Below are positions 13,317 through 28,980 of a stretch of 64,000 nt of DNA, piece by piece. The notes under the pieces are model-generated. The model worked only from the letters and a program-made list of their open reading frames with translations. It made no database searches and was not told the DNA's origin. This DNA comes from Lama glama (taxonomy: Eukaryota), in NCBI GenBank assembly GCA_028534125.1, contig CM052818.1, forward strand, positions 32,490,001 to 32,554,000. Direction: 5' to 3'. The number at the start of each line of letters is the position of its first letter. Positions within the stretch are counted from its first letter, which is position 1. The position numbers and the translations under genes are program-made.

Positions 13317-13959
13317 TTACTTGAAATTATCACTGTTCTATGACCAACAGTTCTTCCTGCTCCCTTGAATTCTAACCTAAGGAAATAAGCATCTATTTGC
13401 TGTCTAAATGGTGGTTCTCTCAGAGGGAGACAGATGGTGGTGCCCTATCTATTTAGACAGGCAGAAAACATATAGCTGGATGTCTTTAAGCCCTGCTGCC
13501 AGTTTCATGCATAACTTTGCTTATTTTGTTTTGCATTGGGGACAGAAAGACCACCAAGCAGAGAGGAATGATACATGTGCCAGGCAATTTGCAGGTAGCA
13601 GAATCAAGAGATCTAGTAATGTATTCTACTATGTCTTGGATTAGTTGTATAATAACCTCTGCTTCAGCCTTCTCACTTGAAAAATATCTTTGCCCAATTC
13701 TCCTCACAAAAGTCTTTGAAATTTCACCTAAATGATGTCTATAAATAGTGCCTTGTGTTCCTTAGGAGATGGAGGAGCTATAGTTCGCTACAGCTTCTGC
13801 GGTAATACTTATTAACATCAGCAAGTTACAGCCAGACACAAAGACAAAGATAAGCTCTTTTGCATCAGAAAGCTAATTATGAAATTATAGGTTTAAAATA
13901 CAAGTCTTAGTCAGAATATTAAAGGAGGTGATTTTGGAACATGATAAAAAAATCTTTTT

Positions 13960-14088
13960 TTTTTTTTTAACATTTTGGCCTTTGTATTTCTTTTTTTTTT
14001 TTTAACATTTTTTATTGATTCATAATCATTTTACAGTGTTGTGTCAAATTCCAGTGTTCACAATTTTTCAGTCATTCATGGACATATA
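13960..14088 (-). mobile_element. Short 5'-truncated young L1 3' end with 16-bp TSD
   Basis: TSD ATAAAAAAATCTTTTT at 13944-59 and 14089-104. Body tttaacattttttattgattcataatcattttacagtgttgtgtcaaattccagtgt. Two poly-T tracts. Confidence 0.85.
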
Positions 14089-14339
14089 ATAAAAAAATCT
14101 TTTTAAAGTTCATTTAAAACAAATTAGAAATCAAATACATTTCTTTAAAAAGAAGTAAGGGGGAAATGCTCAACCAGATATGAAAACATAAATACACAAG
14201 AAGTAAAACAGAACAGTTTCAATGCAAGAAGCAGACAAATAGATGAAGCGAACAGATAACCCAGGCACAGACCCGGTTTTCCTCACAAGTCAACAGCTGA
14301 AGAGAAAATTACTTTATGAATGTGTGTTGTTCGAAGAGT

Positions 14340-15420
14340 GGTGTTAGAAAAGCAAGTAAGTTTAGATCCTTACCTCACACTATATACCACACTCAGTTCC
14401 AACTGGATTTGAGAGGAAAAAACAAATACAACTGGAAGAAAATAGCCAATATTCTTCTAATCTTTGGTGAAGGGAGGATTGTATAATTTATGAAACAGGT
14501 GGAGGAAATCACAAAATTTTTAAAAAATAGATTCAACTACCTAAAAAAATAAATCTTTGGCATGCTAAAAAAAAAGAATTAGAAAGCAACTAAAGTAATA
14601 TTTGAATTTTGGATAAAAGATGAATATCTTTGATGTATAAGTTATGCCTATAAATCAAAAACCTGATAGCAAAACAATATGTGGTTAAAGGGGCAATATG
14701 TGCTTAAATATGAACAATTCATAGGAGAAAAAAATGAAGTGAATTAATGGTTGAGAAAGCACTCAACCCTGTTAATTATCAAGTCAATAAACAATTGAAA
14801 ATATTCTGCCATTTTTTACCTTAAAATCAGAAGTTCTCATTTTTAGTAAGAATTCTCAGCGTGGGTGAGCGTGTCTGATGCATCCTTGCATGTCTGGCTG
14901 ATGATCAGAGTGACGCACTGGGAGGTCAAATGGACCACATAGGGCAAGAATTTTTCAGTGTTCATGTTGTTTTGATTTAATAATTTCATTAGAAGTATCC
15001 TAGATTTTACTAGACTATCCTAATTCTAAATTCAAGAAATTTATCCTAAGGAAATTATCTTTTTAAAAATATACAAAGATGTTCATCACAGTATTTTTTA
15101 AATATTAAGAAAATTGAAAACAATATGGAAATAATACAGCAAAGCATGGCACGACTACTCAGTGGAGAGTTTCACAGCAGTGTCAGATTCTATTGATAGT
15201 GTTTGTATTAGCATGGAAAATGTCTATGCTACAATGGAATTTGCACCAAAAAACCCCCACAAAACTCTACACTTATATAAAGAAAATCTTAAGCATAGAA
15301 ACTTGACTGGAACAAAAAAAAATGCTGGCTGTCTTTTATGGAGCTTCACATGCAGCTGCTTTCTCATTCTTTACTTTTTCTCCATATTAAGAATTCTCTA
15401 TGGTAGAAAAGTGTGAAATT
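14340..15420 (+). mobile_element. Degenerate ancient L1 (L1ME-like) ORF2 and 3' fragments
   Basis: tagatccttacctcacactatatac, aatttatcctaaggaaat, caaagatgttcatcacagtatt motifs; A-rich. Confidence 0.55.
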
Positions 15421-15432
15421 AAAAAATTATAA

Positions 15433-15960
<528 letters not shown>

Positions 15961-16330
15961 TAATATGCCCCAAGATAGGAACGTGTCTGTGGCTTCAATG
16001 AGATGGGTTAGTCTTCCGGCCCCTTGAAAGCAGTAATGTCAAGCCAGAAGGGTACCCACTGTCTGGATGGAGGCTGTGGACTCACCAGGCTCACACCCTC
16101 TAACACCCCATAGGACCCCGCCCCTGCTTCCCTCCACCATGTCTTGAGTCTCCTTTAAGTATTTCTATTCCCTGCATTTGCTGCAGTTCTGTCTGGCATC
16201 CCTCATCTCCTTCCCACAAACAAGGCAGATGGGAAATACAATTAGAGGATTCTGCCCCAGAGGTGATTTTAATTCAGGACTGGAATGAGAGGTGCCACAT
16301 GTAATGTAGACACCAGGATGTCCTTGTTAA

Positions 16331-16651
<321 letters not shown>

Positions 16652-17346
16652 TAAAGTTGGCAAGTACCAAAATGGGAAAGAGAATTTACACCAGCCAGAA
16701 AATAGGAGCTATGATCATGGGAATGAGTGTTAACTAAGGTAAAATAAGTAGTTCTCCGTTTGTCCATTTTGTAAACAAACACTAGTCACTGCCACTTAAG
16801 AGGACCAAAGCTTGGAGAGGTTTTGTCCAAGCCACCCCTCTTCCCAGCAGGCCGTCGGGTCCCAATGCAGACCCCTCTCCCATTTCTGTCAGTGATGACC
16901 CTGAATATTGCCTTTGATAGAAATGGGATAGCATTTCCAGTGGAGGCTATCAAGTGAGAGTCCCCTCAGTTTCCACCGTCTCCAGGGTTCTTAATGGAGG
17001 CAGTGCCCCCTCTCCCTGCACCAGCTATGGCCCCACAGGGACTTTCACTCGGTCACTTCTCCCCTCTCTCGTCTCATTCTGCCAGGGTGTCTAACTCTGG
17101 AAAGCACTGTAGAGGTCGGACAGTAAACCACTACCTTGTTCTCCCAGCCTGGTTGTGACAACAGATGTACACATTTTCACATGCTAGTCACTCCCTGGCC
17201 TCACAATTCCGTCCTTTCAGGTCCTTTGAGCTCAGAACTAAGTGGACTGGCATTTATCTAGATGGACTTTAAGTTATTTTCAGTTCTTTCGGAGAACTGG
17301 ATGTTCACTGGCATTTTAGGTTATTATGTTGTAACATTAATAGAAT

Positions 17347-17389
17347 ACACACACACACACTCACACACACACTCACTCTCTCTCTCTCT
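17347..17389 (+). repeat. (CA)n-(CT)n compound microsatellite
   Basis: acacacacacacactcacacacacactcactctctctctctct. Confidence 0.9.
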
Positions 17390-18347
17390 TTGGAGAAAAA
17401 TTACTCCAAAGTATATAATCCCTCTTAAAAGCAGGGAGCTCTGTACAAGCATATTTTGACTGACTCACTATAGAAATTAATAATAAGGAACTAAACCCTG
17501 AAACAGAATTAGAAGGTAAGTAAGTTATTTTTTATTCTTCTGCTCTTCACGGACGAGTACTGGACCTATTTGCTTTTCTGTTAAACTGAAGTAGTGCTTT
17601 TCTTAATTTGCATAAAATACTAAAGAAGTAAGTTTCCTTAACTTTTTCTCCCACCAATGTTCCTCAAATCTGACAAATGCTTCTGCTTTTCTGTTTTCCT
17701 CTATTGCTGTAAAAATGCTCTAGCACGAAGTTGATTTTGTAAATGTTTTCCTTATGGCACTTCACTATTTTTTAGGTTTCATCATATCCAAACTAGTAAA
17801 AGAATCACTGCATTGAGGAGAGCTGTAAGGATATGATGATTAACATAAAGTTAGTACCAAGCCAAGCCCATCCAGACAGAATGGGAGGTAGTGAGGAAGA
17901 GGAAATAAACCTTGTAAAACAGCATGGTGTCCCTCCCCTCCCCCTTGCCCCACCACACACAACTGAAGTCAAACCCAGACTTTTTGGTTGAAAGGATTTT
18001 ATTGTGAATAGACTGGAATCATTTTTTTTTAAGTAACTTATACTTCTTTTTAAAAATCCATTAATCTGTAAGATTTGCCCAACTGTCTCTGCAGGGCCTT
18101 TCCTGACCTCACTCTCCTGCCCCAGGCAGGATTACTGCACACACGTCAGTAATCCTGCTTCTCCTCCATGCTCTTCAAAGGGGAGGAAGATTTCCCATTG
18201 TTTCTTACGCCCCCGGGGCTTACAGATAAATATATCCCCAGTAAACACTGAAGGGCTTCCTCTTCTGTAAAATCAATTTGGATGAGATCATTGCTAAGTC
18301 TGGTCTGCGATTCAAAGTTTGACTCCATTCATTTCTCCCACCTGTAG

Positions 18348-19040
<693 letters not shown>

Positions 19041-19380
19041 GCCCGCGGGGAGGGACAGGTAACACGCCACCAGAGACCAAATGTCACTTTTCATTTTGTG
19101 CCAACTTGTTTTGAAGTGCCACATACAGAGCTGTGTTTTCCAATTGCTTCAGAGAGGTTTTGAGCACAGGTTGACCCTGGTGACAGACAGCAGGCCGAGA
19201 CGGGCTTGCACAGGCTCGGGAAGCACGGTGGGTGTCCCCTCCCTCCCGCTTCTTTCACTTCGCGCGTGCTTGCCCCCCACCCAGTCAGAACTAGCTGCTC
19301 AGGTGTTTCCTAGTTGAGTCGGAGATGCTTCCTTACCTGGTTGATGTGGACCTGGAGCACGTGAGGGCAGAGGGAACAGG

Positions 19381-19386
19381 AATAAA
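19381..19386 (+). terminator. Probable ALK polyadenylation signal (3' UTR about 19041-19405)
   Basis: First AATAAA downstream of the stop codon, followed by GT-rich ttatctgtggtg. Further AATAAA at 19582 and 19738. Confidence 0.7.
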
Positions 19387-22300
19387 GGCGTTATCTGTGG
19401 TGAGTCAGCACAAGGAAAGAGACATTCTTTACTTGGAAAGGAAAAACAGACAACTCACTGAAACATCCCCATGGATGACGTTTGGATGCTTTCAGTTGTG
19501 CTGACGATTGTTTGTTAAATTGTGGTGAATAGTTACGGTTGTAGAAAAAATGAAATGCAATATTCCAATTGCTTAGAGGATAATAAAACACCAGGACAGA
19601 TCCAGAGATTCAAACATCCTATTAATATACCTCATGCCTTAAGAAAACCCTCCTACTAAAATTGAACAACTGACTGAGGTTTCCTACTGCACTAACTTGA
19701 GATTTAAATTATTACTTGTTTTAAAACTTTCCACTAAAATAAACTACACTGAAAACAAAATTTCAGCAGCAGTGATAGATCAAAGCATAGAAACCTCCCA
19801 TTCATGGGCACTAGAGTCAAACCTGCTCACAGTTCCAATCATAAATGTTACTAAGTTGAAGTTTCTACTTGCAGGATGGCTCACTGGAGTAGCAGGCCTT
19901 CCGGGGGTCCTCAGGAGAGAGGTACTAATGCAGTGTCCTTCCAGGTTTCACCCGAGTTTTCTCTCCCTTAATCAGGTGATCCTAACATATGTGGGAACAC
20001 AAATTTACTGAAATACATGCAGCATAACTTGTAGACCTGTCAAATACAGAGTAAAACAGAATTTTGTCTCTGGGTGGCAATGAGTAAAGGAATTAAGGGA
20101 CACTTGGAGTGCTGAGGTTGGCAGTGACATGTTACAATGGGAGTTCTGAACTTGGTTTTCACATATGAAATTTTTCTCCATAAAAACGAACTGGGACTCT
20201 GTTAAATCTTACACACCTACATATGCAGTGCTACTTTATCAGTAAGTTTCCATCTTGTTTTTTCTGCTTCCCCTCTGTTCTCTTGCCCGGTTTCTTTTCT
20301 GGTGGTAGCTGTGCCAAAACATCACTTTGCGAGGAAAGCATTTTTTTATCGCTTGCTAGGCACTAAGCATTCCCGAGCAAAAGGACTGTGTGGATCTACC
20401 TTTTCCCTTACCTTCTCAATTTCATCTACATCAAAAGTATCACTCTGGCAGATGTGCGAAAGCCATCCTGTTCTAAGCCAACGCTAGACCAGTGAGTGTT
20501 CATTCCTCCTAGGGCAGGTGCCTCACCTTAGTCAGTAGTTCTGCACACTGATAACCCTGGAACCACCTTTCCTTTATCTTCTTAACTGCCAGAAATATTT
20601 TCATCAGACACACATGGAGATGAACCGTCAGTGAACTCATCTCTAAATACCTGTATCAAAAGTTTTAGTACATGCCAGGCACAAATAGCCTAATTATATA
20701 AACATTAACTCAAAAACCACTTGCAGGGGTCCAAGAATCACTTTCTGAGAAACACTTTCCTAAAAGGGTAATGACAGGAGCTGTCAAAACTGAGAACCAC
20801 TTCATATGTATAACACCAGTAACCAATTAAACAGGGAGCATGCTACATGGTTAAACAGCCAACTCATTAACAAGGGAGAAATCCTTACTTTTTCTCTTCT
20901 TAAAACTACAAATCCATCACATTTTTCAGGTTGTGCCTTACTACCACTGAGATTGATTTGTTGATTCTAATTGTCTTTATTGGTGTCAGTTTTCGTGTAA
21001 ATGATAGTCCAACCTTAAAAGCCTGTATACATGGATAATAAAAAACTCCACGTGGAGCTATGACGACCTCAAGATGTTTCGCTGAAATTGCTGTAAGCCC
21101 TGGGTATCAGCACGGTATTAATATGGACCACTGTCCACTCACCATATGGCTCCAGCAATTCACACAGATGCTGTGGATGCTCATACTTACTTATTAATTA
21201 GGATGGAAAGGTCTACCTAGAACAGGAACAGGCACAATTAAAGTCTGGAGAAGCTATGTTAATTAAACCATAAGCTAGTATAATTATTCATATTCCACAT
21301 CTATAAAGAAGCTCATCAAAAGTTCACAACCACTCCAATGGGAAATTGGTAATTTATGAAGAATGACTAGTTAATGTGTGGCACCTCAAAATTACAGCAA
21401 ATAGAAACAGTAAGAAATCGTAATTTTTTAGAAATAGTAAGATCTACTTAGTTGAAAGACCAGATTCTCTAGCCCCAGTTAGGATGTGAGTCCTGGCTCT
21501 CTATGGGTTATCGGACCTGTCTGTACCTGTGTCTCCATACACGTCCCTTTCTCACCGCCCCTCAATCAGGTTACAGACTCTGGGAACGCACAAGTTCTCT
21601 CTTACACCTCTTCAGTTCCCAAGTGACGTGGGCTTGGGTGTGGGGAGAATTTCAGCAGTCAGAGCATGTCTCCACACACCTGCACTCCCCACTGCTCCCG
21701 TCCGGCTCTCTGGGCTCTCTCCCACTTGTGCCACACCGGCTTCATCTGTCACTTGTTTAATGACAGCAGCAAGAACCCTACCAGAAGCAAGTCCTTTCAG
21801 TGCAAAAGAAAAATGTAAAGACTCCCTACAACACTTAGTGTTAAAAAATGAGCATCACAGAAAGGAAGCTATTTAATCAACTTGATGAATTCTTTTTTAA
21901 AAAATTACTGGCATCTTCACTCAGTGATGTTAAACTTGGTAAACTCTACTACAGCTGTACGATCTTATGTAACTGCAGATTATAACATTATTCCATAAAA
22001 TATGGGGCTTTACATCCGAATTCACAGGGCATACCACTAAGAAACTAGGTTTGATAGATTTTTCTCCAATAATAGCAGGATTAAAGTTCCAAGAGCTTTC
22101 TAGACCTAAAACATGATGCATAGGAATTCAGACTGGAATAACAGACTTCCCATGACAAGATTCATAAAATTGTATGAAGTGTGTTGTCAATCTGTCTTTA
22201 GCTAATGACTTTTTAAATGGGTCCCCAAAGAACATAGAGTTTGACTTGGCTAATTTCATTGCAGCAGATGGTTCCCTGTGCCGTTGTGTGAACATACAAA

Positions 22301-25300
22301 ACAAAGACTAGCGTTCCCAAAATCCGCCACAAGATGCCCTAAAATAAAAGATAATCATCAAGAACAAACAGTAAGGCTTCTATTAAGATTCTGTTTTGAT
22401 TTGGTATCCTGAGTAGGAGCATTTAATTTTTAATGCACCACTCAAATACAGAGCTAATTTTAGCTCTAGCTTAACAACTTCAAAACATTTGAAAAGCTCA
22501 GTGTAAGCAAATATAACAGACATTTGGGGGGAGGGGGGAACATGGCTTATAACTACAAAACTGAAGCAATGACTCTACCCTTCAGCGTTCAGTAACTGTA
22601 AGCAAGTATGTCACCCATCCAAGTAAAGATGGCACCACCAGGCTCACCTCAGGGAAACCGCAGATCCCAGGTCCGTTTGTGGCACCATCCCCTGTCCGGC
22701 TCCTCAGAGCCCTCTGCTTGACACCTGCTGCTCCAGCTGCCGCCCCACTCCACTCATCTACTTAGGCCTGCTGCCTCCTTGAAAGCAATTACTCACAATT
22801 AGTTATCCCGCCATCACACAAAGACTGGTCGGGCAGCACTTGTCAGTTGAAAGGCAGTCTTATTAAATGAACTCACTAAGCCTTAGCGACCAGTGTATTA
22901 ACGCTCCCTAGAGCACTTACATTTGAGAGGTTATTTACCAGTATGGATGACTATCAGACTTGTAAAACCTCAGATGGTTGTTATAATTCGCACGGCTAGG
23001 CACTCGTCAATTATTTGAGAAACAGCAAGCAGAGTGGGCAGCAGTTAAGAGATGTAGGTATTAGACAGCAGTTACCACCTACATGACAAGCGAGTTAAAC
23101 TCTCACTTTCTCATTTAAAAACATGAGCAGTTTAGTCTCAAAGGCCCCTTTTCAACTCCAAAGTCTGATTCTGTAAGACTTCACCTCTGTGTAAGGCAAA
23201 TCCCAACATCTGGCCCACCGTAGGTAGGACAAGAATGTGTGTGTGTGTAAGTAGGACAAAAATGGGTATGGGTGGGTGGGTGTGTGTGTGAGAGACTTAA
23301 TTCATTCAGAGCCAAAGCCAATTAATTCAGTGCACAATCCCACTGAGCCAAATTATATTTAAACTTTATACAAAAGTAGACCAAAATGAAGTTTAGTATC
23401 AATTCTCTGTTTAGTCTTTCTATTCAAAGATCTCTTTAACAAGTCATAAAATCATTAACATAGCAAGATGAGGTTAATCTAGGGTGCTTCCGGAAAGAAG
23501 CTACCCTGACACAGGATTATGACAATCATGTCTGTTTAACAACCTTCATGCTCACCATCACACCACTTATTTCTCTTCTGTTGCATTTGGTACAATGGCA
23601 GCCTTATTAGTAAAGTCAAATCATGCAACTTTTCACCTGAAGGTTACTTTTATCACACCTAATATTCAATGACATATCTGGTACACTTTGTCCGTGCCTG
23701 TTCCCAGAGTAACAGAGCCCAGGATAAGCCACACGTCGAGACCAGGAGGTGTATGTGGAGTCAGGCATCCCCGAACAAGCATCATGGAACCATTACAATG
23801 AGGGATTCACTAATAACAGGAACCCTCTCTCAGTCACCACTGGATTGGGCTGAATCCCTCTTTTCAGGTTTGTAGAGACAGCCACTGCCACTGGATGGCA
23901 ATTTTTTGAAACCTGCTCCAAGTTACAGAGCTTCACAGTGAATCTAGGAATAGGGAATCCCCCCAAAAAGAGTCAGCTCAAATGTCCCACCACAAGAGAG
24001 GACTGTGAAGATTACGGTAATTTCCTACATTTTAGTGCATCTAACAGTTGAGAAAAAAACCAATTTAAATATTTTTGCATTAACTCAAAATAATATTTAT
24101 GTTGTATCTCACAGTTCTGAGAGAAATGAAGATTAAAGAGAGATTCATTTTCCTCACGTATGTACCAGTAAGCAGCTGGTGATGTTTTACAAAAGAAAAG
24201 AAACTAAAACCAAACATGACACTGGATTTTCCTCTGTCACCCACAGGGAGTGTGAAGTGAGGCCTCAAGAAATCTCATTATATTTCTTAATTCCTTAAGC
24301 TCTAGTCCCTTCAAGAAAGAGGAAACAAAATCACTTGAGAAAATCACAACATTTTAAACCAATATATATAATCTATCGGAACTCTAATTAGAAATCCATT
24401 TTTACTGGCAGGTTCCATAAAGGAGACTGAAAATTTTCACTTTACTCTTCTCTATTGTCTGTAATGCAAAGTCCACTTTCCCCAGCCACCAATATGGGAC
24501 TTTATATGACTATTAAAATTCACTTTAAAATCCATTTCAGAGTATTTTTCCCAAAGACATTGCACAGTAACACCTATCCTTCACAACAAGAACTGTCAGG
24601 GACAGCCAGTATCACGAACGCTGTTGACAGATTTAAGCAGAATCTTGGAAGTCATGTTAGAGAAAGAATAAAAAGAATGGCTTGACGCTGTGCATATAAT
24701 TTTAACATGATTCATTCCCAAGTCCGTCTGACTTGATTTGTTACGTGAAAAATAATTAGTTCCGTCTTCAACAAGGTGAGGGTACTTTGAGTTAACACTA
24801 TGACGGACTCTATTAGGCTGGAGATGAAAGAGCTCTGTGAGATCAGCCCGGCCAAGGAGAGCACAGCACGTGGATACTGAAACCCCCGACGCCAGGAATG
24901 CTTAGAATCCAAGTTCAGCTCAGTGCAAGGCGATTCCTGACAGCCCCTATTTCATTTCATTTATCCAATTTGAACAACTCTGCCTAAACATCCAGTCCTG
25001 ACACCAAGTCCCCCCGAGGACAGAGGCCTGTGGGTAAAGGCCTGAACGTCCACAGTAGCAGCGAACTTGACATCTGGGCTCATTTAGAATTCTAGAGCTG
25101 AAATTAAACAAGATTTATGAACATTTCTTAAATAACACCAGTGATCACAGGGGACAGGTTATGTTTCAAGCTAAGAGCCTCAATTTAAACACCTAGAAGT
25201 GTCTTTACTAACTTAACTCAGAACCTACTGCCGCCCCTCAGCACCAGGACCCGACTTCCATACTTCACCATGAAGTTCTATTTGCTAGGTATTCTAAAGG

Positions 25301-27091
25301 GACAAGAGGAAAAAAGGTCCCCACACTCCTTGGTGCCTTGCTCCTCAAGGGAAAAGGCTGTGATTTTTGCTTCTATCAAGTATCATGAAAAAACAGTCAG
25401 TAATGTGTGCCCATCTAACTCTCTAATTCTTCCACATAGATTCTTTTTCCCTCTTGTAAAAAGGGAGCACTGACAGAAATTTTGCTAGAAAAAATTCTTT
25501 TTGCCTATGCAAAGGCATCATGTTCTGCTTATAATAAGATTTTAACACAACCTACTTAATTGGTTCAGCCCACACAAGCTCCATTAAGAATGTCTCTTGT
25601 ATATTCAAGCAGCTTATGTGACATTGTTTGTAAATAAGGGCCTATGTACCAAGGGATATTATTAACAATTACTAAAAATATATGTGATGATGTGAGTTTT
25701 GTATTAACTACTGTGTTTGTATTATAAGTTAGTGTAGTGAAATAAAGAGCATGAAGAATAAAAAATAAATTCTTCTACTTGCTTGCCATCTGATGGTCCA
25801 TATTCTATGTCTCTGAGTCAATCATTTAGAATAATCATCTACTGAACAGTTAAAATTAGTAGACTTATTTCCTAAATAAGAATGACTTTTAACATACTAG
25901 GTCTCTAGCCATTGGTCAGTGTGGCTTAAATAATGTCACCATATGGTCTAAATAAGTAGGTTCAAAATAAAACTCTGAAATAAAGTCAGTGCTCGACCCC
26001 GGAGCCCAATGCTGTGCACACCCAACCCAGTTCATTCTATGTTGGGCCACACACGTCACTGTGTTCTCTCAAGTACCATCATATCACAACAGAAATTCAA
26101 AGCCAGCCCCGGGGGAAACAGGCAGTTAGGTGACCCCACTGTGTCTTTCCTGCCCCCTTTTCTACCTAGCATCTTTCCGTCTCCTTCATGTCACTGTCCT
26201 GGGGTAAAGTTGGGTTACCATGATTCAAACCTTTCCTGTCCTTTGTTCTCCCTCATCCGGCAAAATGTACCCATCCTGTGACCTGGCCTCTGCAGGCCAC
26301 CTATCTGAAGCCTGTGAGACAATACCTCTACTTCAAATTATCGATGGCCTCCTCCGCCTCCTGTTCATCCAGCAAACGTTTCCTGAGCATCTGGTCGGTG
26401 CCAAGTATTATTCCAGGAGTCAGGGATGAAGCAATGAACAAAGCACTCAAAGTCCATCCCTCAATCCAAGTGGGGGAAGAGAGAAATAATAAGCAAAAAG
26501 TTTAGCATGACCAAGGGTGGTAAATGCTAAGGGGGAAAATAACACATGGTTGGGAGGGTTGGCGAGGAGTCGGAGAGAGGACGGCACAAGGGACTCACCG
26601 AGATTACACTGTCTCGGTTCAGATTCCACAACTGTCTGGATCTCAACGCTTTTAAGCACTTAGAAATACTCCCGCCAATTTACCTTAAAATACAGAAACA
26701 AAGTCTTTTAGTAAAAGATAGGTACTTATTTATATATATTTTTAAACCTATAAATTCAAAGTGTTCTATCCTACCCTAAACAAATGAAATCCCACTGGCG
26801 TAAAAGATAATTAAGCAATTTAAAACACTGTAGAAACACATTCTTCTCTTAAACGGCTCTCTGTCCATCAAAACAATGTAGTAGGATGGTGGCTAAAAAC
26901 ATAACTTCATTTGCTCAGTAGAAAGCATGGTACTTTTTAAGACTCTTTATAGGGATAGGAAAATCCAAGCCATTACTGTAGGAAGGAAGAAAGTTAAATT
27001 CAAAGCATACATACTCTGAGTACCTGGGAAAAGGAGGGTTGCAGGCATGGTCAATGACAACATACCATTCCAAACCGAAACAGCTTCCCTT

Positions 27092-27097
27092 TTTATT
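27092..27097 (-). terminator. Probable CLIP4 polyadenylation signal (AT-rich 3' UTR about 27075-28980)
   Basis: AATAAA on minus strand about 1.9 kb after the stop, followed by GT-rich gtttcggtttggaatggtatgttg. Confidence 0.55.
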
Positions 27098-28980
27098 AAT
27101 GCTCAAGAAGTGATCTTTGAATGACACAAGCAAAACACAAATGAAAACACCTAATTTTTATGCATAGCATAGGGAAAAATACACAGTACATGGATTTAGT
27201 AATCCTAGTCTAAATATGCCACCAATTGGTTCTCTGACCTCAAAATAAATTCAGTGTTGGCATTACTGTTTCTAACATACGGGGTCTTAACAGGAAGAAC
27301 TATGAACACCCCAGTTCAGTGTAGTCATGGGTTTCATGGTAAGGTATAAATAGAGTTTTTAAAGAAATAAACTGTATAATAAAATAAGTTTACTTTAGAA
27401 TCACAGTACAGTCATTTTCTTCAATCAATAAAAATATTCCTTGATTATAAAGCAGCCTTATTTTGCAAACATACTTCAGGAAAATAGCTCTAGCAATATT
27501 TGAAATTTCATATTTTAAAAGGCAGCAAAGCAACAGCATTTAGATTTTAAATAGTATATTGCAAAATAGTTCAGTGTATTATTTCCAAGCACAAAGCAAG
27601 CTCCATTCTGAAGGATGCTTTTAATCTTATAAAGCAAACTGTTCTGATATTTCTGTGGTAGTTTAAAGACTAAATATCTACAATAAAAGATAAATCTTTA
27701 CACACGTCAGACATAAACTTCAATACATATTCACAACACAAATGTTTTTCATTACTACATCACTCTGTTACAGAGCTCAGTCTGTTAATGTGTGCTCAAA
27801 AGGAAAACACATGATCCAGCTCCGCAGCTTTGTCACAGGCTGAATTCTGCAACAACTGAATATATAAAAGCAGCAACAATAGCAAACACAACATCAGTTT
27901 TATGAATAAAACAAAAAAACCAAGAAATCATAAACATTTAAACGAGTAACTACCACATTCTTCTTAATTTGCTCTCTTCTCCTACATACAATTTGTTTGT
28001 TTTTCATATCCCCAGGAGGAAATGATGGCAAATTCTCCACAAAGAGGAAAGTGCATCATGTTTTATTTTAAAAGTGCTTCGTGTATGTGTGTTTTATAAG
28101 TACGTCCAATAAGGAAGATCAATTAAGTATGTGCAAAAAAGTTCTAACTGTAACTTGAATTCATAAACCTAATCATGGGTTTCTTCAGTCTGTCCAGATG
28201 AGGCAGTCGCCAACACGGAAGAAAAACTGCGATGACACACTCTGTGCAGAGGAGCGCGCCTGAGCCACAGGTCAGGAGTCCCCCGCACTACTCTTAGCTG
28301 TTAATCAGCTCTTGTGACCCCGGGGAGGAAGAACGGCTTTAAAACCTGGCAACAGGCGAGACACTGAGCTCCACAGCCTCAAAGGCCCACCCACCCCCCA
28401 GCTCTAAAGTATCTTTAGGTGAGGCATTCCTGGAAGGAGGGCAAATAACTACCCCAAAACATGAAAAATACACCAGTCGCACAGCTGTTATTTCTTACTG
28501 TACTTATTAGTACAAAGGAAAAAAAAAGTCCAAAAATACTTGGCAGGAAAAGCTTGTCTTAACCAAAGCTAGTGAAAACTTCCACAATTATGGCGTATGA
28601 AAAAAATCCAGTCTTCTGTGCAAAAATGAGAGTAAATAAGCAACATCAGTGGGTCACCTAATGGCATGTTTTTTTCCCCCAAGCCTCAGAATTTTCTTGG
28701 GTCTAAAGCTTTAAAAACTTTAAAAGAAAAAAAAAGGCTTTTAAAATTGTTTTAAGAGAACGATGGCTCCCCCAGTTCATATTCCCAGCTTTTTAAAGAC
28801 GTCTCTCTGAATTGTTATAATGGTTTTTATGAAGATAGCTATACTGTCAAATTTTAAATGGCTAAATAAAGTAAACCATTTGCTATGGACTATTTTATAT
28901 TATGTCTGCTTTATATATAGATATGTGTGTGTGTGTGTGTCTGTGTGTGTGTCTGTGTACTCATTCAATACTGTAGAAGT

